This document shows positions 1-9,539 of a stretch of DNA of 29,696 bases, piece by piece. The stretch comes from Prasinococcaceae sp. CCMP 1430 (Eukaryota; Plantae; Prasinodermophyta): assembly GCA_013416795.1 (NCBI GenBank), contig RQSC01000958.1, positions 131,401-161,096 of the forward strand, given 5' to 3'. Within the stretch, counting starts at the first letter, position 1, and every line of letters begins with the position of its first letter. A program made the position numbers and the translations under genes. Below the pieces are notes generated by a model, which ran no database searches, had not been told where the DNA came from, and worked only from the letters and a program-made list of their open reading frames with translations.

Positions 1-295
1 TTTTTTTTTTTTTTGAGGGTGGTGGACGTGGGAGGAGGGGCTCGACTGGCTGGGGAATATCTGTAGGCACGCCCCATTTTTTTTTTTCGCGCGAACGGCG
101 CGCAACGCCGGCCTCAACCGCCCACCCAACCACCCACAAAAAAGACAGCGTTTGTTTGCGTGTGCGCGCTGCCGACCGCGATCCCGATCCGCTCCTTTCC
201 CTGCGTTTCATCCCTCGTTTCTCTCCCGCCCGCGCCGAAATTCTTCCCGTTTTTTTGTTTTGCCGCTCCGGCGCCGGGCCGCCCCGCCCCCTTTT

Positions 296-345
296 CGATA
301 CCAATCCGCGCCGCCGGCGTTTCTCGCCGGGGCGGATTGGTATCG
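296..345. promoter_or_regulatory. Inverted repeat/hairpin upstream of nitrate reductase, each arm carrying GATA and CCAAT motifs
   Basis: CGATACCAATCCGC (296-309) is the exact reverse complement of GCGGATTGGTATCG (332-345). Inner stem CCGGCG/CGCCGG encloses a TTTCT loop. It lies about 260 bp upstream of the ATG at 606. The repeat is seen directly; a regulatory role is inferred. Confidence 0.55.
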
Positions 346-605
346 CCGCCGCGCGAAAGCCGCCGCGAAAAAAAAACGGGGCCGCGCGCGCGCGCGCGCG
401 CGACTGCGCGCCGCGTCCGCGAGGAGCGCGGCAGGCACCCCCACGGCGGGCGCCACAGCGTGCGCGCTGCTCTGGCGTCCGCGCGAGCAGGCCCGCGCCA
501 CAGAGAGGTCGACGCGCCCGGCCGCACGGGACAAAGCGCGAACGCCGGCCCCCGCGCCGGACGCACCCGCTCGCCGCTCGCTTGCCTGCACGGGAATTTG
601 CAGTC

Positions 606-3407
606 ATGGTGCTCGGTGTGGTGAAAAAGCTGCTCACGGGGGGGGGCAAGGAGGACCCGTCCGTCTACGGTCCCACCCTCGCCCAGCGCAATGCCTTCAG
701 CGTGCCCGACGTGAAGGCGGAGGCGGAGATGAATGGTGTGGATGACCGCGACAAGGGCACGCCCGACGACTGGGTGCAGCGCCACCCAGACATGATCCGC
801 CTCACGGGGCGTCATCCCTTCAACAGCGAGCCGCCACTCACCAAGCTCTACGAGTCTGGCTTCCACACGCCCTCGCACCTGCACATCGTCCGCAACCACG
901 GTGCCGTGCCCAAGTGCGTTGCGCGCGGCGTGCGCGCGCGCGAGCACCTGCGACGCTCGCGCGCGAATGCCGCCACTCGCGCGCGCACCAGCGTGAAGAG
1001 TCTGTAGGCGTGCTGACGCCCTGGCGCCGCTGCCCGCGATCTCATCGTCCGGACCTCGCCGACGCCCGCATCCCGTTTCCGCAGACTCAGCTGGGACACC
1101 CACCGCGTCTCCGTGGGCGGCCTGGTGAGCAAGGGCCGCTCGTTCTCCATGGACGAGCTGTTCGCGGGTGGCGCGAAGCTGCCCATTTCGAGCTTCCCCG
1201 TGCTGCTGCCGTGCGCTGGCAATCGCCGCAAGGAGGAGAACATGGTGAAGCAGACCATTGGCTTCAACTGGGGCGCGGCGGCCGTGGGCGTGAGCATTTG
1301 GTCCGGCATCCACCTCTGTGACCTGCTGACGTACTGTGGCGTCAACCTCGACAAGGCCAAGTGGGTGTGCTTCGAGGGTCCCGAGGGCGAGCTTCCCGGC
1401 GGCGAGAAGGGTATCTACGGTACCTCCGTCCCCATCGACCGCTGCATGGACCGCACGCAGGACGTCCTCATCGCCTTCATGCAGAACGGCGAGAAGCTGC
1501 GCCCTGACCACGGCTATCCCGTGCGCGTCATCCTGCCCGGGCACATCGGCGGACGCACCATCAAGTGGCTGTGCAAGATCACGGTGACTGAGGAGGAGTC
1601 CGACAACTTCTATCACTACCGCGACAACCGCGTGCTGCCCAGCCACGTCGACGCCGAGCTCGCCGACAAGGAGGGCTGGTGGATGAAGCCAGAGTTCGTT
1701 ATCAACCACCTCAACATCCAGAGTGCCTCGGTGTACCCGCAGCATGGCGAGATTGCCAAGCTGCCCATCGCGAAGACCCTCAAGACGAAGAGCGGGCTGA
1801 ATGCCACTTCGCCAGTGGCTGGCGAGCCCGGTGCGACGACGTACACACTTAAGGGCTACGCCTACAGTAGCGGCCCGAAGGTGCACCGCGTGGAGATCTC
1901 CCTCGACAGCGGCAAGACGTGGATCCTCACCAAGATCACGCACCCGTGGGAGGTGATGGAGGACAAGGAGCTCTGGTCGCCGCGCTGGTCCAGCCGCTGC
2001 TGGTGCTGGTGCTTCTGGGAGCACACCATCGATCTGGGGGCGTTTGCCAACACCATCACGGCTGGCGTTGAGGGCGAGCTCTGCGTGCGCGCGTGGGACG
2101 TCACGATGAACACGCAGCCGAACGCGCTCAGCTGGAACGTGATGGGCATGCTCAACAACTGCTGGTTCCGTACCAAGGTGCACAAGACAGTCGGTGGTGG
2201 CACCGTGTCGCTCGAGTTCGAGCAGCCGACGATCGCAGGACCCAAGCAGGGCGGCTGGATGGACCGCGTGGATCCTGTCAAGGAAGCCGCGGAGAAGGCG
2301 GCCAAGGCGAAGGCGGCCGCCGAGGCCGCCAAGAAGTCCGCGAACATGCCCAAGTTTACGCGCGCCGAGGTGGCCAAGCACAACACGGAGAAGGACGTGT
2401 GGATCGTCGTCAACGAAAAGGTGTACGACTGCACGCCGTACCTGAAGGAGCACCCGGGCGGCGCCGAGTCAATCATGATCAATGCCGGTGCCGAGTCCAC
2501 CGAGGACTTCGAGGCGATTCACTCGCAGAAGGCCTGGAAAATTCTCGACAAGTACTACATCGGCGACATCGTTGGCGGCGATGAGAAGCCCGTCGTCGCG
2601 GCGCCGGTGAAGGCCGAGGGCGTTGTCCTCGACCCCACTTCGTGGGTGTCGCTGCCGCTCGTGAAGCGCACGAAGCGCAGCCACGACACCGTCGAGTTCA
2701 AGTTCCGCTTCCCGAAGGAGACGGACAAGCTCGGCCTTCCCTGCGGCCAGCACTTCCTCACGCGCATCAAGGGCCCCGACGGCAAGAACGTCATCCGGGC
2801 GTACACGCCCATCTCAAACGACAAGCAGTCGGGCTCGGTCGACCTGCTCATCAAGGTCTACTATCCCAACGACAAGTTCCCCGAGGGCGGCAAGATGTCG
2901 CAGCTCTTCGACAACCTCAAGTTGGGTGACACAGTAGAGTTCAAGGGCCCGATCGGCCACCTGGACTATCATGGCAAGAGCGACTTCACTGTGGGCGGAA
3001 AGCGCGGCACCTTCGCCAAGTGCAACTTCATCGCCGGCGGAACGGGCATCACGCCCATCTACCAGCTGCTCAAGGAGAATGCCGAGGAGAAGGACGACAA
3101 GACCAACATGGTGCTCGCCTTTGGCAACCGTACCCCCGCAGACATCCTGTGCAAAGAGGAGCTCGACTCGTTCGTCGCCACCAAGCCCAAGAACATCGAT
3201 GTGCAATACGTCGTCAGCAGCAATGGCGGCGACAAGTCATGGAAGGGTCATGTGGGTAACGTCAGCAAGGACATGTGCTTGAAGTACTTCCATCCGCCCG
3301 CCGACGACGTGCTGAACGGTCTGTGCGGGCCTCCCGGCATGGTCACTGCGCTCACCAAGGTCCTGAAGGAGCTCGGCCACAAAGAGGAGAACATTTTTGC
3401 GTTCTAA
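606..3407 (+). CDS. NIA1: Assimilatory nitrate reductase (Moco, dimerisation, cytochrome b5 and FAD/NAD(P)H domains), about 876 aa; join(606..913,1085..3407)
   Basis: Motifs: RLTGRHPFNSEP, HIVRNHGAVP, Moco cysteine in PCAGNRRKE, DHGYPVR, WNVMGMLNNCWF, heme HPGG, RAYTPIS, GGTGITP, CGPPGM. Intron 914..1084 (GTGCGT...GCAG) restores HGAVPK-LSWDTH in frame. Confidence 0.97.
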
Positions 3408-3607
3408 TTTGCGTTCTAAGTTTCGCTAGGAGTGAGTAGAATGGTGGGAGTCCAGTCGCGCCACTGTGGGGCAGGCTCCACAGACTGTGATCGTACATTT
3501 TTTAATTTAATAGCCTTGTGTAGGACACTCGGGGAGTTGTCTGCCGCGCGCTGAGCGCGCGACTCGCGTCGCGCGTGTTGGTTGGCCACGCGCGCACCAA
3601 TGCTATG

Positions 3608-3612
3608 TTACA
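3608..3612 (-). terminator. TGTAA-type poly(A) signal for the SLC37 gene
   Basis: TTACA on + about 85 nt past the stop. UGUAA is the established chlorophyte poly(A) signal. Confidence 0.45.
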
Positions 3613-3695
3613 GCCCTTTTCCAAACGCCGATCGCGCCGGCGTTTCTAGGGCAGCGCTGGTCATGACGGACGGCTGGAGAGCGGGAGCGCACGAG

Positions 3696-5392
3696 TCACA
3701 CCTCACCTGCTACTACCTTGGCCTCGGCCAGCTCGTCCTCGGCGTGCAAATCTAGCGCCGATCCCTTGGCCTTGACCCCCTTTCGTTCAGCGCGCGCGGC
3801 AGGCACAAGTGCCACCACCGAGCACAGCGCCAGCCACGCGAGCACCTTGAACAAAGCTGCCCATCCGTACGTGTGCGCGATTGATGAAGTCACGGCGCCC
3901 TGCAGCACGGAGCCCAAGGCACCAACGCCGTCCACGACGCCGACGGTGGCAGCAATGTCGCCACCATTTGCCAAGTCTCGAGGGATCAGACCGCTAAGGA
4001 AGTTGTCCGGCCCGGCGACAGCAAAGCCCGCAACAAACAGCAAGGCGACCGCACGTGCACCACTCAGAAAGCGCCCAAGCGACGCAAGAATGCCCCCGCC
4101 GCCGTCGATGCCGTCGGCTGCCTGCTCTGCCGACGCTGCCCACAGCGCCATGCCGCCCATGCTCACGGCAAATAGCAACAACATGGGCAGCAAGACGGGG
4201 TACCGCCTCCCCCCGACGAACTTGTCGACTAGGACACCGGAGAGGGCACAGCCGAGCACGGATCCCCACTCAAAAGCACTTGCGACAACGCTTGCATGGT
4301 GGTCTTCCAAGCGTACGACCTTGTGCAGGAAGAATGGCAGCCAAAAAAGGAGCACAAAACGAATGAGCTTTAGGATGAAGTACGCCAAGGCCACGCTCCG
4401 CAAGAAAGGCAGCTCCAATGTGGCGAGCATTCGGGCGAGCGCTCCTCGCCGGTCGCGCTTCATGCCGACGAGGTGCCCGACGTCCATTGCGTGAACTTCC
4501 GACTGCTGCCGGCTGCGGCCCACGACCGGTACTGCCGCCCATGCGACGGCAGAGAGAAACGTGACGAACCAGCCTGGAATGGAGAAGCACGATCGCCAGC
4601 CGTGGTGCTGGAGGTGCCCAGACAGCCCCACGTTACCAGCGGCGCCGCCGAGGTGACAACTCACGAGCCAGACCCCCATCACGGACGCCAGCACATGCTC
4701 GGGGAATGAATTGTTCAGTAGTGCCATGCATGTGGGAAATATCATGCCCTGCGTCAGACCTACGATGCCCCACAGAAGAGTGAGCGCACGCGCACCACCG
4801 CTTGATGGCACCAGCTGCGACACGAGCACGCCGAATACCCCGCTCGAGGCGCCCCCGGCGCACAGCACACCGCGTTCGCCCACGACACTGGCCAGTGGCG
4901 CCGCTGCGAAGCTTCCTATCGTGTACGCCATGAGGTACGAGGTGTCGACGACCGCGAGAGCATGCGGCCCATCGACGACCGCCTCGGCCAGCAAGCGGGC
5001 CTTGACTATGCTCACGCCCTGGCGCGTATGAAGGCGGGGAGAGCGTGGGGATGCAAACGACGACAGGAAGATACGCGTGCGCGTATGAGGCGGGCGAGCA
5101 AGTGGGTGAGCGAGCGACAGAGAAAGAGCCGCATCCACGGGAGTCAGTGCATCTGTCTCCTGCGGAGTGAGGTCCGCGAGAGCGAGCGTGCGAGCGAGTC
5201 GCAAGTGCGCGCGCACGTGTGGTGTGTGCGTGCGGTGCTCACCTTCCTCGCAGCGACGACGCAGAAGTAGAGCGCAAACGTCGCGGCGAAGACCTTCCAT
5301 CGCTCCGCTCTGGCCCCACGCGCGAGAAAGACCGAGCCAACTCTCGGTTGCGCCGAGCGCCCGCCCGGGCCCTTCTCCCTCCCGCGCCGCAT
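3696..5392 (-). CDS. SLC37/GlpT-type (OPA family) sugar-phosphate/glycerol-3-phosphate MFS transporter; complement join(3696..5018,5243..5392)
   Basis: Splicing intron 5019..5242 (GTGAGC...CAG) gives TFALYFCVVAARK-GVSIVK, the SLC37 N-terminal motif. Further motifs: FILKLIRFVLLFWLPFFL, FEWGSVLG, GPDNFLSG, GVVDGVGALGS. The start ATG at 5392 is the nearest in-frame one and is uncertain. Confidence 0.88.
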
Positions 5393-5807
5393 CGCAAGCG
5401 CGCCCCAGCCCAACCGTGCTGCGGCCGATCGCGCCGGCGGTGGGGCGCGCCTCACCCCCACGCGCGCCACCACCAGCAGCGCCCCTCACTGAGCGCCGGC
5501 CGGCCGGACAAAGGGCAAGGGAAGTGAGGGCGGGGGGGAAGCGGGCTTGCTGCTGGCTCCCCCCCAGGCGCCCCGGCGCACGCGCCTCGCGCGCGAGCTG
5601 TGCAGACTGGCCCCACCCGTGCACCGGCGCGGGCCAGCGACGCAGCGCTCCTCTCGCGCTGCCTCGACGCGAATTTTGACCTCTGCCAGGGCAAATCTGC
5701 CATGGCTGTTTGCGGTGCAGCGCGCTCGACGGTGGGCGCGGCAGAGGCGACGCTCGGCGCAGGGTGCGGGGGCCCCTCCGCCTCCGCCCCCGTCCTCACG
5801 CGTGGCC

Positions 5808-7808
5808 ATGGCGCCGCCGAGGCCAGAGCTGTCGCTGGGCTTCGAAGATGCGCTGGTGGACGCCGTGGAGGAGGCGCTCGCGGCCGGCGCGCGTGGCGGC
5901 GTGACCGCGGCCGACGTGCTTCGGCCGTACGCGCAGCGCGGCGGGGAGGCGCCCGCGGCGGCGCTCGACGGCCAGCTTATCGCGCTCGCGGCGGCCACCG
6001 GCGCCGAGCTACGAGGCGCTGGGGGCACAGGGGGTCCAGGTACGCACGCAGGCCTCGCGGCTCGAGCCTAGCCTCGCTCTGCGCGCTGCACACTGCCAGC
6101 CAGGCACTGACCTCTGCGCTGCCGTTGTCGCTGCAAAGGGCGCGTTGTGTATGGCTTCGCGCCGAGGATCCGCGCTAGGCTTGCCATGCGCGCGGGCCGC
6201 GGACGCCTGGCGGCGACGGCCGTAGCCCTCTTCTTCGCCGCGGCGCGCGTCGGGAGGCTCTTCTTCGGGGGGGCGCTCGTGGTGTCCGTCGTCATCCTCG
6301 TCCTCGCGCTCATCGCCCTTGCCATCCTCGCCGTCATGGCTGCTGCGCGTGACGGAGGTGGCCGCGGGGGTGGCCATAGGGCGCCGTCGCCTTTCGTGCC
6401 CGGCGGGCACGCGCACGGGCACGGGATCGACACCTACCACACGCACTACGTCAGGCCGATAGGGCTGGATACCGACTTCTGGTTCTGGATGTGGTATTGG
6501 GACAGGCTCGACAGGCGCGCTCAGTGGGACTGGGCGCATGGCGCGCCGCAGTATCAGTATCAGCACCAGGGTGACGCGGCGCAGGCGGCCGGGGGAAATC
6601 GCTGGGTGCCTTTCGCGCTAGGCGCCGCCGCGGCCGCGCCGGAGGAGGCAGACGGAAAACCTGGCAGAGATGGATCAGGTGGCGGTGCTGGCCCGAGCGG
6701 TGGCGGTGGCGACGGCGGCGATGGCGGTGGGGATCCGGACGACCCCTCCGCCGCGAGACGCGCTCTGCACTTGCCCGATCGAGCGCCAGCTGTTGATGAC
6801 GTCGATGCCTCTGCATCCGAACGCGCAGACAAGAAGCCCAACTTCATGCTCGACGTGTTCGCTTTCGTGTTCGGCGGGGCGGCGCACGAGTATGCGGACT
6901 ACGGCGCTGGCTCCCACGCGCTCGAGGGGCGCAGGGCGCTGGCGGTGTACGACAAAATTGCAGAATGCGGCGGAGTGGTGTGCGCCGAGCAGCTCGCGCC
7001 ATTTCTTGACGACATCTTGCTGAAGCGCTCGGCGGGCGGCAGGGGCGGCGGCACGGCAGCGGCTGCAACGGCCTTGTTTGAGCAATCAGCCAGGCGACTC
7101 CGGCGTGTGCTTCGCCTGCGGCGCACGGAGGGGTCGGGTTCGGACGATGAGCGCGCGGAGGACACGAGTGACGGCACCGGCACGCTGCAGGAGGGTTACA
7201 TGTTGCCCGTGTGTCGACGTTTCGGTGGCACTCCTGTGGCCACCGACGATGGCGTGCTCGCGTACATCTTCCCGTTGGTGGCCACAGCCTCGCGCGCCAC
7301 GGCCGGACAAGGCGCGCCTGAGCCGCCGCCGTTGCTGGAGAAGGAATGGCCACACCTCGCACCCCGGCTACACGATAGGGAGGGGCGCGTCGCGCTCGTC
7401 GCAGGACTGGGCGCGGCGAACGTAGCGCTGCTCTTTGCCTTTAGTGGCATACACGCCAGCATCACAAGTGGCAAAGGCGCGCGGGAGCTCTCGAAGCTCT
7501 TCGTCGCGAGCGTCGGAGCCGAAGGCAACCAGGAGGCGATTTCTGACTTCGAGAAGCTTCTCGTCGATTTCGTCAATTTCGTGGCGTGGATGCTGCCCGC
7601 ACTGTGGGCCTACGCGCTCAGCTTCATCGTGGTGCCCACGGCACGCTGGCTGGTCAGGGAGGTCCTAAATCGCGGGGTGAGGCACCGCAATGCACGTCGC
7701 GGGCCTGCAGCCGCCGAAGCGCTCGCGCACGCCGAAGCAGCCGAGGAGGTCAAGGGGCAAGCGCTCGCCTTCGCGACCAGAGCGCTCGCGCGTGGCAATG
7801 TCGTGTGA
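5808..7808 (+). CDS. Uncharacterised membrane protein resembling Arabidopsis At5g03900 and its cyanobacterial homologues; join(5808..6039,6139..7808)
   Basis: Blocks recognised from memory of that family: NFMLDVFAFVFG, GGVVCAEQLAPFLD, YMLPVCRRFGGTP...YIFP, ALVAGLGAANV, YALSFIVVPTARW...NRGVRHRN. Intron 6040..6138 (GTACGC...AAAG, phase 1) joins the exons in frame. Confidence 0.8.
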
Positions 7809-7878
7809 AACTGAGTAGAGTGTACACCATGGCGCGCTTCAATGTCTCGCATTGGGCGTAGGCCGAGCGACCCGAGTT

Positions 7879-9153
7879 TTACGCATTGGCTGCCTCGCTA
7901 GTTCGGCCCAGAGTTAGCAGTACACCATAGTGGTCGCTCACGAAGACCGGCAGCACCTTGTCCTTGCCGCGAACGTTTTTGACGAACGTCTCGCCGGGCA
8001 CGCACTGGTCGCCAACTATCTCTATGCCCTGTGCATGCCAGGCGCTGCCCGCGGACAGCAGAAATCTGTCGAGCCTCTCACGCATGCCGTAGAACGTAAG
8101 CATCTTGTTTGTGGCCGTGTCGAATGTGAAACCATCTGAACCAGGCCTGAGGGTTCTCCAGGCGTCCATCCACCCCGGCGGCAGCGGCATGGGCCCATCC
8201 GAAGGAGCTCCCCTGCGCGTCCGCTCTTCCGACCAGTTCATGTCGCCACACAATATGGCCACGGAAGCCTCGCCTTCCCTCCACCCCTGAAGCACGCGTA
8301 GAGCCTCCACCAGCTGCGCCTGCCGCTGCTCGACGTTCCAAGCCGGCGGACTTTGGTACACAATGGGGCTTTCTAGGTGCGACGTGGCAATCACCACCCG
8401 CTCACCGTCGCCGCAGTCAATGGAGCACGAGAGCAGGTCTCTGCCCATGACGCTGTTGCGAAAGGGCACCCTGCGCGCCGATCCGGGCACCACCTCAAGC
8501 GAGCGCCGCACCAAAAGGAGCGTGTAGTACGCAGCACCATACTCTTCATCGGTGACCGAGCGGTAGCGCTGCCACCAGCTTCGCCCGTCTGTGCCGGCCT
8601 TGGTCTCGTTCTTCATAATGTACACCTGCTCGGCCGTGCACTCCTGCAGCGCGATGACGTCGGGGTCGTGCCGTTTAACGAGCGCACCGAGCGCCGCAGC
8701 GCGCTGTTCCCGGCACGCGCGATCGAACCATATGTTCAGGGTTAGCAATTTGAGCTTGTCCACGCGCGCCTCTGCGGGAGCGCCGTCCCACGCCTTCGGC
8801 GCGGCCGAGGTTGCTGCGCCGCTGCCTGCCGCGCCCCTTCGCTGCCTCTGGCGCGCCGCCCGCTCCGCATGGAGCTGCTGCAGCCACACGTTCTGAGGCG
8901 GAGCTTCCAGCACCCGCGGCGCGACATCCACGCCCCCTTCCTCCTGGACTGCCCCCTGCGCCCTATGTGAGCCCCCTGCGCCCTCAGCCTCCCCCCTCGC
9001 TTCACCACCTTGGCCCTCCTTCCTCGGGCGTTTCCGAGCGCCCTGCCCGCTGCCCGGCCTGCTACCCGTAGCCGCCGCGCTCGCGCCGACGATCTGCACG
9101 TCGTCATCGTCAGACGAGTCCGAGATCAGGTCGACCACGTCCGGAGCGGCCAT
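7879..9153 (-). CDS. TDP2: Tyrosyl-DNA phosphodiesterase 2-like EEP-family phosphodiesterase, about 424 aa, single exon
   Basis: EEP catalytic motifs LTLNIWFD, PDVIALQE, ATSHLES, CGDMNW, DAW...GFTFD...N.ML, RLDRFL, SDHYG. N-terminus has VVDLISDSSDDDDVQIV and an NLS-like RKRPRK. Confidence 0.88.
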   Translation of the reverse strand: MAAPDVVDLISDSSDDDDVQIVGASAAATGSRPGSGQGARKRPRKEGQGGEARGEAEGAGGSHRAQGAVQEEGGVDVAPRVLEAPPQNVWLQQLHAERAARQRQRRGAAGSGAATSAAPKAWDGAPAEARVDKLKLLTLNIWFDRACREQRAAALGALVKRHDPDVIALQECTAEQVYIMKNETKAGTDGRSWWQRYRSVTDEEYGAAYYTLLLVRRSLEVVPGSARRVPFRNSVMGRDLLSCSIDCGDGERVVIATSHLESPIVYQSPPAWNVEQRQAQLVEALRVLQGWREGEASVAILCGDMNWSEERTRRGAPSDGPMPLPPGWMDAWRTLRPGSDGFTFDTATNKMLTFYGMRERLDRFLLSAGSAWHAQGIEIVGDQCVPGETFVKNVRGKDKVLPVFVSDHYGVLLTLGRTSEAANA

Positions 9154-9398
9154 CTGGGGCGGCTGGGGCCGCGCGCCTGGCGCCCCGCATGTGGCGGCAC
9201 CGGCCCCCTGCTCCGCCCCGAGCAGCGCCGACACTGGGCCCACACCCCCTTCTTCTCCCTACGGCGTGATATATATAGAATAACAAATAGTACAAACCAC
9301 GGGCGAGTTGTTTGCTCATGTGAGGCGTTTTGATGGCAAACAAGAGCAGAAGCAGTCAACATGCATGGGGGTCACGCACGTGCTTTTTGACCATCCCG

Positions 9399-9424
9399 TT
9401 CGAAGCCTTCTAGAATCTGGGAAG
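9399..9424 (+). promoter_or_regulatory. Possible heat-shock element upstream of Fes1/HspBP1
   Basis: TTCGAAGCCTTCTAGAATCTGGGAAG has one canonical TTCnnGAA core (9408-9415) plus out-of-register GAA/TTC units, about 120 bp before the ATG of an Hsp70 co-chaperone. Confidence 0.3.
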
Positions 9425-9539
9425 TGCTGGCGGCCGTGTCTGCGCTGGAGGCGAAGAGGGGGGGAAGGGGGGAGGTGGGGCTGCCACACCGTGCGCGCTG
9501 CGCGGACATCCCACGGGCGTGGGTTGCCTCTCTGACGCG

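Noticed and set aside
1-14. Poly-T as a retrocopy tail or terminator
   Set aside because: It is truncated by the window edge, with no associated element or target-site duplication visible.
114-2453. 779-aa antisense ORF over nitrate reductase
   Set aside because: Shadow ORF produced by strong GC3 codon bias on the sense strand; no recognisable motifs.
3696-5624. 642-aa ORF taken as the full SLC37 protein
   Set aside because: Its N-terminal part runs through intron 5019..5242 and upstream DNA in the wrong frame; the spliced model restores the family motif.
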